DNA from: a virus
Strand: one strand, 5' to 3'
Length of the DNA stretch: 64,000 nt
Virus record (IMG/VR): IMGVR_UViG_3300035703_000025
Span: 32,001-96,000 of that record
Below, piece after piece: positions 1 through 7,497 of the stretch (position 1 is its first letter; every line of letters starts with the position of its first letter). The translations under genes and the position numbers were made by a program. Below the pieces are notes generated by a model. That model was not told where the DNA came from. It ran no database searches and saw only the letters and a program-made list of their open reading frames with translations.

Positions 1-43
1 CACTCTGCCACAGCGAGTAGTCATCTTCTGAAGAACGCTCATG

Positions 44-517
44 TCAGATCCTCTCCCACCGGTTGCGCATGCGTTCAACGGCCTCGGTGGGTACGCCGTG
101 AACACTACCAAAGTCGTTTTGGCACTCAATCACACACACAACCCAGTCAGCGAACTCCTCACGCTTGACAAGGTCCATGTACGGTTCCATCTCCCATAGC
201 TGAGAGAACGTGTTTGAGACTGCGACTGGCCGCAGATCGTGAAGAACGTTTCTGTAGACGTCGTTGCCATCACGATCGGTCTCACCGAAACACTCCTCCC
301 TGTATCGGCTGCGCATTGCGTCTATCGTCCGAAGAAGACAGTCGTGATGCGCGCTTCGCAGATTGAATGGATCGAACTTGTAATCGCCGCTCACTGGATC
401 AGTGAAGTACTGATCAGCCTCAAAGAAGCTGTCTCTGCCAACGAGACGCTTTGCGAGTGTGGACTTTCCAGATCCTGGAAGACCACGAATCAGGTACAGA
501 GTCATGACCTTTCTCAC
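44..517 (-). CDS. P-loop kinase (AAA_33 / polynucleotide-kinase-like)
   Basis: Walker A LIRGLPGSGKST, EADQYF, VSNTFSQLWEM and HGVP motifs typical of phage AAA_33 proteins. Start placed at GTG 517 (GGAGG upstream, GTGA overlap); ATG 505 is an alternative. Confidence 0.85.
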   Translation of the reverse strand: MRKVMTLYLIRGLPGSGKSTLAKRLVGRDSFFEADQYFTDPVSGDYKFDPFNLRSAHHDCLLRTIDAMRSRYREECFGETDRDGNDVYRNVLHDLRPVAVSNTFSQLWEMEPYMDLVKREEFADWVVCVIECQNDFGSVHGVPTEAVERMRNRWERI

Positions 518-861
518 AGCTCGCCCTCCTTCTTGCTGAAGCAGTCCCAGCTCCACCTTTTTGCGATGTACCGTGCGTCTCTCTCATTGCCGTACGCAGT
601 CATGTTGCAGTACATCTTTCTCGCCTCATCACGCTCTTCCGTGAGGCTGCTGATCTTCTTGTCGAGGCGATCGATCACTCCCTGCATGTCGTGCATGTGG
701 CGATCGCACACCTGCAGAGCCTCGACCGCCTTTGCTGCTTCTTCGAGCATCAGCACGAGCTTGCCCCACTTGCCCTCCTCGAACCCCGGCAGATCTTGCC
801 CGCCCTCACGATAGTCTTTTGCGGTGGACATCAGGGCCTCAACCAATTCCTTAGCGTTCAT
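514..861 (-). CDS. hypothetical coiled-coil protein
   Basis: GAAAGGAAGG SD upstream; LTEERDEARKMYC...ARYIAKRWSWDCF tail is of a type common in phage early regions. Confidence 0.75.
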   Translation of the reverse strand: MNAKELVEALMSTAKDYREGGQDLPGFEEGKWGKLVLMLEEAAKAVEALQVCDRHMHDMQGVIDRLDKKISSLTEERDEARKMYCNMTAYGNERDARYIAKRWSWDCFSKKEGEL

Positions 862-902
862 ACAAGCACCTTCCTTTCTGAAGGATCTAATGGCACCATG
901 CC

Positions 903-940
903 AAAAGAAAAAGCTCGTACCGGATTTCTCCGATACGAGC
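903..940 (-). terminator. intrinsic terminator
   Basis: Minus strand GCTCGTATCGGA-GAAA-TCCGGTACGAGC followed by TTTTTCTTTT. Confidence 0.85.
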
Positions 941-964
941 CGTTGAGCTAGAGACAGCGAACTG

Positions 965-1105
965 TCACAGGGCCGAAGCCTTTTCGCAGGACTGAAGCAC
1001 GTCCACCCTCGTATACACGATACGACAGGCTTCCGCGAAACTGATGTTCTTACGCCGCATCAGGCATCGAACTACCTGATGGATGAGCTTGTCAATGTCT
1101 GACAT
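965..1105 (-). CDS. hypothetical 46-aa protein (not in ORF track)
   Basis: Manual translation MSDIDKLIHQVVRCLMRRKNISFAEACRIVYTRVDVLQSCEKASAL; AAGGAG SD; fills the gap between the upstream gene and the terminator. Confidence 0.65.
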   Translation of the reverse strand: MSDIDKLIHQVVRCLMRRKNISFAEACRIVYTRVDVLQSCEKASAL

Positions 1106-1107
1106 GG

Positions 1108-1341
1108 TCACTCCTTCTCGTTGAGGATCTTGTGGACCTCAGTGCTCCAGAAGAACATGTCTTCGATGATCGACTTCATGCGGAGCAAGATGAGCAAACC
1201 AATTGCAAAAATGGTGAACTCATTGACTGTCGCCTTGTGCGGGATTGGAAGCCACAGCTGAGCCACACCGTAGATGGCCCCAATAATCATCCACGCCAAA
1301 AAGAGAAACCGTGCAACGGACGAGAAGAAACGCTTGACCAT
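1108..1341 (-). CDS. small membrane protein (2 predicted TM helices)
   Basis: ATG 1341 after AAAGGA; hydrophobic segments FLFLAWMIIGAIYGVAQLWL and FTIFAIGLLILL. Confidence 0.7.
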   Translation of the reverse strand: MVKRFFSSVARFLFLAWMIIGAIYGVAQLWLPIPHKATVNEFTIFAIGLLILLRMKSIIEDMFFWSTEVHKILNEKE

Positions 1342-1402
1342 AACAGATCCTTTGCCATTGGCAAAAGAGTAGAAAACCCGTGGCGTACATACCACGGGTG
1401 AA

Positions 1403-1476
1403 CACCCCAGACAGGATTCGAACCTGTAACCTGCCGCTTAGAAGGCGGCTGCTCTATCCGTTTGAGCTACTGGGGT
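1403..1476 (-). tRNA. tRNA-Arg (anticodon UCU), CCA not encoded
   Basis: Acceptor stem ACCCCAG/CTGGGGT, D arm GCTC-AAACGGATA-GAGC, anticodon arm GCCGC-CTTCTAA-GCGGC, T arm ACAGG-TTCGAAT-CCTGT. Confidence 0.96.
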
Positions 1477-1484
1477 TGAGGAGT

Positions 1485-1838
1485 TTAACGGTCCATGAAC
1501 GTCAGGAGCGCCTGCATCGCCTCCTCCGTGGCGCCGATGCAGAGGTCCATGGTGCGCGGCTCACCGTCGCTGTCGGGCGAGATGCCGGAGTAGTACAGCT
1601 CCTTGATCGCGTCCCACTTGTTCACGACGTCCTCGAAGTCGATGTGGCTCCCGCTGAGCGACTCCGAGAGCGCCACGATCGCGTTGCGCATCTCGCAGGG
1701 CTTGCTGTCGGACTCGTCGGCGCCCGTCATGAGCACCGCCTGGAACGCCAACTGGTCCACCTGGATCGACATCATCGCCAGGGACGTGAGCGCCGCGTTG
1801 CAGCACAGGAAGTGAACCGGGGTCTTCTTCTGACGCAT
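1485..1838 (-). CDS. hypothetical protein
   Basis: AGGAG SD, strong GC3 bias in this frame, co-directional with neighbours. Confidence 0.7.
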   Translation of the reverse strand: MRQKKTPVHFLCCNAALTSLAMMSIQVDQLAFQAVLMTGADESDSKPCEMRNAIVALSESLSGSHIDFEDVVNKWDAIKELYYSGISPDSDGEPRTMDLCIGATEEAMQALLTFMDR

Positions 1839-1941
1839 AGTGAATCTCCTATGAATGGAGAGAGTGAAACCGGTGGCATACGTACCACCGTAAATCCCAC
1901 CACAGCACTTAAGCCATGGTGGGAGTGTTGAGGCTGATCAC

Positions 1942-2466
1942 TCAGCCGTGGAAACCAGTGGCCCTGCAATTCTCTAGAAACTGGAAGAGCGCTGCAGTGA
2001 CGTGCACATCACGCACACAGTAGTCCTCCATTTCCTGCGACCACTGAGACCAATCAGTGTGCTTGCAGAAGTCGCCCTTGTCCATCCCAAGGCGAAGCCC
2101 CCACGCCTCCAGACTGTGTCGCCCGCGCAACGCCTCTGGCACCCTGTACTCGTTGAACCCATTGGGGAACAAGGACTTTGCGGTTCGCCGCGTGTCGTTC
2201 AGCGTCACCCACGATGGCAGCACGATCTTGTTGTGGGTGCACATCACCCTGCGGTCGAACTCCACGTTGAACCCGATGATCTCCTGCGCGTTGAGCGCGA
2301 TGAAGTTGATCCCGCTCCGCACTTCCGACTTGCGGAACCGGAACTCCCGACCAGTGTCCACGTCCAACGCACACACGCAGTGCACGGTGTGCAGCGACGA
2401 CGTGTCTCCAGCGTTCCACGACGCCCAGTCGATTGCGTTCGTCTCCGTATCAACGACGAGTCTCAC
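1942..2466 (-). CDS. stand-alone 3'-5' exonuclease, PolA/T7 gp5-type (DEDDy)
   Basis: ExoI VVDTETN, ExoII GFNVEFD, HSLEAWGLRLG, ExoIII EMEDYCVRDV; ends before any polymerase domain. Confidence 0.85.
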   Translation of the reverse strand: MRLVVDTETNAIDWASWNAGDTSSLHTVHCVCALDVDTGREFRFRKSEVRSGINFIALNAQEIIGFNVEFDRRVMCTHNKIVLPSWVTLNDTRRTAKSLFPNGFNEYRVPEALRGRHSLEAWGLRLGMDKGDFCKHTDWSQWSQEMEDYCVRDVHVTAALFQFLENCRATGFHG

Positions 2467-2873
2467 AGGACACCTCCTCTTGCGGCGAGTGCCGCCTTGA
2501 AGTCATGCACCAGAGCAGCGCTTGCCCTGCGTGCTACCGCCTCCACTCTACGAGAGGGAAGCGGACGCCACTGCTGCGCAGCGTCGCGCAGCTTCACGTG
2601 GCGATTGCGAGCCTTCACTTTTCTTGGCAGACGACCAGGAAGTGGTAGTGGTTCAGTGGGTCGCACCACTGTGTGACCGAGCGCGATTGCCCTGCGCTCT
2701 AGCCCCACATTCGGGATGCGATTACCACCCTGCTGGTCCACCTGGAAGCCATTGGCTGCAGAGCGCATGAGTGTGCGCCCTGGGGTCTTGGGCTTCGGGA
2801 ACCGGTTCATGGTCAAGCCACCGCTCCACTCGTTGGTGCAGTAGTGACCTCGTAACTGCCATTTCTGGTTCAT
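2463..2873 (-). CDS. hypothetical basic protein
   Basis: ATG 2873 after GAAAGGAGGA; Arg-rich C-terminal half; GTGA overlap with the exonuclease start. Confidence 0.7.
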   Translation of the reverse strand: MNQKWQLRGHYCTNEWSGGLTMNRFPKPKTPGRTLMRSAANGFQVDQQGGNRIPNVGLERRAIALGHTVVRPTEPLPLPGRLPRKVKARNRHVKLRDAAQQWRPLPSRRVEAVARRASAALVHDFKAALAARGGVL

Positions 2874-2886
2874 GTGAGTCCTCCTT

Positions 2887-3267
2887 TCAGGACTGCATGC
2901 TGTTGAACTCGTTGGGGTCGTAGGCCAGGGACTCATCCACGATGGGCGCCTCGCCCCTCAGTCGCACAGACGACGGCAGCGGCACACCAGACAGGTGCTC
3001 CTTCTTTGGTTCCTCCACCGTGAACGGCTCCACCGTCACACGCGATGGCATTCGCTGAATCAGCATCATCACCTCCGTCAGCTCCTTGGTGCCCAGGTAG
3101 TCAAAGACCTCATCAGCGGACGGCTGCACGTACGTCCGATCCTCCGACACCCTGTAGAACACCTGACGAGGCCCCATCACGCTGATCTTCACGCAGTTCC
3201 AAGACGGAACAATCGTCAGGCTCCAACCATTCACCCAAGTGAACGTCGTCTGATTGCTGATCTTCAT
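2887..3267 (-). CDS. hypothetical protein
   Basis: GAAAGGTAGGA SD upstream of ATG; co-directional with the block. Confidence 0.7.
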   Translation of the reverse strand: MKISNQTTFTWVNGWSLTIVPSWNCVKISVMGPRQVFYRVSEDRTYVQPSADEVFDYLGTKELTEVMMLIQRMPSRVTVEPFTVEEPKKEHLSGVPLPSSVRLRGEAPIVDESLAYDPNEFNSMQS

Positions 3268-3269
3268 AC

Positions 3270-4576
3270 CAAGATCCTACCTTTCTGCACTTTACGAGTG
3301 CAAGTAACATGAGGACTTTGAAACCGCACGCTGCGGTCCATAAGTGAATGCCCACCGCAGCCAGTCAAGGCTGGGTGAGACTGTGTGCCCATAGCGGATG
3401 TTTGACCGCCAGGGTCTTGCCGGTAGATCCGGGAAACCCACAGCACAGCGTTTCCGCCGTGCTGGGGTAGGGAAACGGGGCGTGATAGCACGCTAGCCCC
3501 GCCCATCTGCAGCCATGCGTGCGGCTGCGGGTTACTGGTGACTGTGACTCGGCTACTGCAGTAGAATCGTCCGCTTACCCCACTACTGTGTAGCCTACAG
3601 ATACCGCCGTGTCATGCGTGGCTGGTCGCTAAGCAACCCCGCATGATCGACTCCCTGGTGCGCATGCCGCGCGTATGCAACCCCGTAGCCGTTGGCTACC
3701 GGACATAGCGCACCGTTGTCGTCAGCCCGGAGGCTGACCGCCCTGCAGGTTAGTGATCATCATCGGGAAGCCATCCCATCAGCGCAAGCGCGTCACTTGG
3801 GAATATGTCCGGATGATCGGATCAGTCGCCGCAGTATTGGATCTAGGTCGTGGGCATCATCGACCGTGGCATATCCTCGCTGGCTACTTATCAGGGTCAC
3901 GAGCACCCCAGCCGTAGCGAATCCGTTAGGAAACTTCGCAGCCGCTGCGTAGATATCAGACCGCCTGGCACGCACACTATCACGCCTTGACGCGATAGCG
4001 AACGCACCCACGTATCACCACAGTAGGACCGCCGCGCACCTGCCGGCCTAGCCGGGGAGCACGCGACAGCCGCCCTACGGTATCTGTCGGTGGAACTAGC
4101 CTATCGTACCCTTCGACCGTTGGCGAGCATGGCCTAGCGCTACTCGCTGTATCATATGGGTACTGTACTTCGCAGCGCCATCCATGACGCCACTACTTGC
4201 CCTGCAGGGTACAGCGTCCACACGCTGTCCGTCCCGCTCCGCTAGCGCACTACGCGCTATCGGCAGCGAAGCATCCAGGATAACCGACCTCCGTTGAGGG
4301 GACCGCTACGCTTGCGCGTCTCGGTCGGGCCGGCTCGGCGCGCCCTAGCGCACCGTTCCCGATCTTGGAAACCAGGGGTTCCGCGACTCCCGCGCTTCGA
4401 TTGCCCGTGTTCCGGGCGGCGGGGCCTCACCAGGCGCCTCTTTCGTTCCCGCCACGCGGATTCCGGTTTCGGCTCGGGGCCGAGCGGCAAGCCGCGCGCA
4501 CGGGGCGTAGGTCGCTACTAGTGCGCGGTACTATGTAATCCCCGGCGCCCGCCGTTAGGCGGGGCCGGAGGGGGGG
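3270..4576 (-). ncRNA. candidate large structured non-coding RNA (~1.3 kb), family unknown
   Basis: No convincing SD-led ORF. Dense hairpins whose mismatches become G-U pairs on the minus strand; GNRA loops at 3441-3464 and 4308-4319; 10-bp long-range helix 3597-3606/4078-4087. Boundaries are approximate. Confidence 0.6.
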
Positions 4577-5053
4577 TCACTCGGCGGAGGCCAACCACGC
4601 GGCCACCTCGGACTTCGAGGGGGGCAGCGTCAGGCCGTCGATGAGGTCGCGGACGGTCAAGGCCCGGTCGGCGGCCACGCCCGGGATGCGGCCGATGGTA
4701 ACCCCATGCGGATTCGGGATGGCCGCGAGGAGGTCGACCGCGCCCGCGAACCATGCCATGGCCTCGGCGGTCCGAGCCTGGGCCTGCAGCCACGGGGCCT
4801 GGGTCGTCGGGCACGGGGTGCGGGCGTACACGCCGGCGGCCTTGGTAGCGTCGCGCATGGCCTGGGCCGGCAGGCGGCGGGCCTTGCGGCGGTCGGTGAG
4901 GTCGCCGAGGACGGCCTTGCCGAACGTGGCCGGCGCGGCCAGCACGCGGTCGAGGCCCCAATCGGCCACCTCGGTGGTGACGGTCGAGGCCGCGAGCCGC
5001 AGGACGGCAGCGGGCGAGGCGGGGGCGGTGCGGGCGGAAGACTTGGTGGGCAT
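4577..5053 (-). CDS. hypothetical Ala-rich protein, first gene of the GC-rich block
   Basis: ATG 5053 after CAGGAG; near-total GC3 in this frame; overlapping frames are Pro/Arg-rich shadows. Confidence 0.7.
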   Translation of the reverse strand: MPTKSSARTAPASPAAVLRLAASTVTTEVADWGLDRVLAAPATFGKAVLGDLTDRRKARRLPAQAMRDATKAAGVYARTPCPTTQAPWLQAQARTAEAMAWFAGAVDLLAAIPNPHGVTIGRIPGVAADRALTVRDLIDGLTLPPSKSEVAAWLASAE

Positions 5054-5226
5054 GAGACAACTCCTGGCGCTGTGCGCCGTGGGGGGTGATTGTCGGGCAC
5101 GCGCCCGACACCAATGGGTGCTCCGGAGGGCGCGGGGGTTCACCCAATTTCACAGGCGAAAAACCAAATATGAGGACTTATTACACCAGCGAATCGTTTT
5201 TGAAAAGGCTGGGCGCTCGCCATAAA

Positions 5227-5748
5227 TCAGGACTTTGCCCAGCTTTTTCCGTTTCGTATGTTACGTATTGCGCCTGCGCCAACACCAAATCTGTCGGCAA
5301 TTACACTGTCCAGGAATCCAATCTCTATCATTTTTCGTATTTCGTCCACGTCTGCCTGGGTTAATTTGCTGAAGCGCGAGTTTTCCCCCGATATTCTGCT
5401 TAAATCTCTGTTTTCTGTCTGTTCTGCCTTTGTTGCGTACCGTAAATTGGAGAGTGCATTATTTGTTCGCACTCTGTCAATGTGGTCAACAGTCATTTCG
5501 TCTGGACACTCTCCCTGGTAAACCTCCATAACCAGTCTGTGCACAAATATCTTTTCTGCTCCTGTTCCCATGGGTTTTCTCAAAACAACAAAAGCGTAGC
5601 CTTCTGTGTCGATAAAAGGTTCAATAGTTCTAGGGGGCTTTGAGTGAATTCTGCCACGGTTAAAAACAGGCCGCGCCTTTTCACGGACGCGACCTTCGGT
5701 GCTGACTTCGTAGTTGGGGTTTCTAGCTAGGGGCTTCCAGGTTTCCAC
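5227..5748 (-). CDS. NUMOD4-HNH homing endonuclease with C-terminal HTH
   Basis: ETWKPL..NYEVSTEGRVR (NUMOD4), VHRLV, VDHIDRVRTNNALSNL (HNH), SKLTQADVDEIR..IADRFGV. Confidence 0.9.
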   Translation of the reverse strand: METWKPLARNPNYEVSTEGRVREKARPVFNRGRIHSKPPRTIEPFIDTEGYAFVVLRKPMGTGAEKIFVHRLVMEVYQGECPDEMTVDHIDRVRTNNALSNLRYATKAEQTENRDLSRISGENSRFSKLTQADVDEIRKMIEIGFLDSVIADRFGVGAGAIRNIRNGKSWAKS

Positions 5749-5753
5749 CCATT

Positions 5754-5759
5754 ATTATA
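5754..5759 (-). promoter_or_regulatory. sigma70-like -10 box, leaderless
   Basis: TATAAT, 5 nt, then GTG 5748. Confidence 0.6.
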
Positions 5760-5764
5760 GGTTT

Positions 5765-6448
5765 TTATCCTAATACAGTACCACCAAAGCACTGTGGCGC
5801 ATAGCCCTCAAACCATTGGTGTGCCAAAGACATTAAATTTGCCCTGAGTACGTCTTCAGACCAGATCGGATTTAGTCTTCTTAGTTCTTCCGTTTGGTTT
5901 TTTAAATACCTCATAAAATCTGGCTTCCAATCTCCTCTTTTACCACTGCTCCAAACAGTAAGATCACCAAGCGCCTTCATCACGCATTCGTTGCTAGAAT
6001 ACAAACTCCCGATTATATCGTAAACCTCCTGAGTAGCTGGATCCATTTTTTGCTTTATTTTTTCCGCTGACTCATCCATTCGAGTTCGCATTCTTTCAGA
6101 AGCGCCAACGGCTGCGGACAGCTTGTTTAAAATATCAACAAACGAGTTGGCCTTTTTACTGTTTTTCTTTACCCAGTTCAGGTATATTTTCCTTGCTCGT
6201 GCCTGCAGTCTGTCCTTTTGGGCCTGAGACAGGAATTTAGCCTGTGGGATTCGCGCAATCGCATTAAGAATGTGCGCGCGGTCAACTTTGCCGTCCGCGT
6301 CCTTGTACGGAAAGTGTCGTAGCGAACGAGGCTTGATTTTCCCCTCGGAGTCCCTTTTGCCGCCAGCCTCAATATAAAGAAAAGCACTGTCAGGGAGATC
6401 ATTTTTATACCTAGTTGTCCACTCTGCGCCTTGAGAGAAGTTTTCCAT
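5765..6448 (-). CDS. putative virion/head-associated protein (DUF6582-like N-terminal domain)
   Basis: NDLPDSAF..RHFPYKD..HILNAIARIPQ motif recalled from phage head-associated proteins; internal leader-like helix FVDILNKLSAAVGA; GTGTAT promoter. Confidence 0.6.
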   Translation of the reverse strand: MENFSQGAEWTTRYKNDLPDSAFLYIEAGGKRDSEGKIKPRSLRHFPYKDADGKVDRAHILNAIARIPQAKFLSQAQKDRLQARARKIYLNWVKKNSKKANSFVDILNKLSAAVGASERMRTRMDESAEKIKQKMDPATQEVYDIIGSLYSSNECVMKALGDLTVWSSGKRGDWKPDFMRYLKNQTEELRRLNPIWSEDVLRANLMSLAHQWFEGYAPQCFGGTVLG

Positions 6449-6456
6449 ATTTGTAA

Positions 6457-6462
6457 ATACAC
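6457..6462 (-). promoter_or_regulatory. GTGTAT late promoter motif
   Basis: GTGTAT, 8 nt, then ATG 6448. Confidence 0.7.
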
Positions 6463-6468
6463 AAGCCC

Positions 6469-7494
6469 TTAAACAGAGCCGTTCTGTATTGCCCTTTCTA
6501 TTGATTCACGGGTCCAGCCTTCAGTCTGTATGCCAAGCGCTCCCGCTAGAGCCAAAACAGCAACAGCTAGAGCTGGCGCTGCTGTTCCACCAGAAGCCGC
6601 TGCCGCAACCGCTGCAGCTATGGCCAAGCTTATAAGAACAGTTATTTTTATTGTTTCTTCATTTTCTCTTATGAAAGTGCTTACAGAAGACACAAAGGAT
6701 GAAATGGCGTTTCTTGCCCCACCTACGCTGTCTATCACAATGCCGCCAATTCCTAGCACGTAGGTTGAAAGCCGATCCCACAGTTCCTCACAGGCCTTTT
6801 CTCGCTGTTCTGGTGTCGCGTTTATAGTGTTAAGTAATTGATTCAGTTCACCCCACGTTGCGCACAAATCAACTAGTGCAGCATCGCTAAAACCACCAAG
6901 TCGTATTTTCATAAAACGAACTAACTGCTCCTCAAAACTAATGTTGTTAACTGGCGCAATACCCAAAGAGGAAAGGGCTTCAGAAAGAGCATTAGCCAAA
7001 ATAGTACCAAAATGATTTATAAAGCTTTCCATATTTGACGCCCAAAAATTACTAAGCCATCTAAATCTTCTAAATATTTCATCAACCTCACGGAAAAAAC
7101 TTTGAAGTGCGTCGCTACATAATACGTTTATAAACATAGACCAGGGGCCACTGTTATCAACAACCCTTTGTCCAGCTGTTATTAATGCGACTGCATCTGA
7201 AATCCAACCAATAGCAGATCTAGTTATTACTCTTTGAAGCGACTGAAGAGCGCTCATAAATCTAAATATGTCTTTAGGTATTTCTGCTCTAGCTTTAGTC
7301 TGGTCATTTATTGTTGGCACGCATTCCATAAAAGAAATAAGGGCCTGCTGCCATGTTGTGCTTGATTCAATTCTGCGCACACAGTCTTTTTCTGTTACAA
7401 CAACAGACTCTTTTGCAGACGGATCCGCCTGCTCGTAAACCTCTGCTTGTTTGTTTAAAGCGGATATAAATCTGTAATTTAGTTCTTTTTTCAT
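6469..7494 (-). CDS. helical protein with C-terminal hydrophobic hairpin (putative membrane-inserting cargo)
   Basis: Leader RFISALNKQAEV; TVLISLAIAAAVAAAASGGTAAPALAVAVLALAGALGI; paralog of 7498..8328. Confidence 0.7.
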   Translation of the reverse strand: MKKELNYRFISALNKQAEVYEQADPSAKESVVVTEKDCVRRIESSTTWQQALISFMECVPTINDQTKARAEIPKDIFRFMSALQSLQRVITRSAIGWISDAVALITAGQRVVDNSGPWSMFINVLCSDALQSFFREVDEIFRRFRWLSNFWASNMESFINHFGTILANALSEALSSLGIAPVNNISFEEQLVRFMKIRLGGFSDAALVDLCATWGELNQLLNTINATPEQREKACEELWDRLSTYVLGIGGIVIDSVGGARNAISSFVSSVSTFIRENEETIKITVLISLAIAAAVAAAASGGTAAPALAVAVLALAGALGIQTEGWTRESIERAIQNGSV

Positions 7495-7497
7495 TTT

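Noticed and set aside
3793-4011. 72-aa minus-strand ORF and other short ORFs in 3264-4521
   Set aside because: No clear SD, no GC3 bias like the neighbouring genes, and they overlap strong hairpins. Not fully excluded.
3270-4576. Group I/II intron, tmRNA or RNase P as the identity of the structured region
   Set aside because: No interrupted gene, and I recognised no domain V, P7 core, tRNA-like ends or GAGGAAAGUCC. A covariance-model search is needed to be sure.
239-5225. Long plus-strand and alternative-frame ORFs in the GC-rich block
   Set aside because: Shadow ORFs caused by stop-codon scarcity; they overlap better-supported minus-strand genes.
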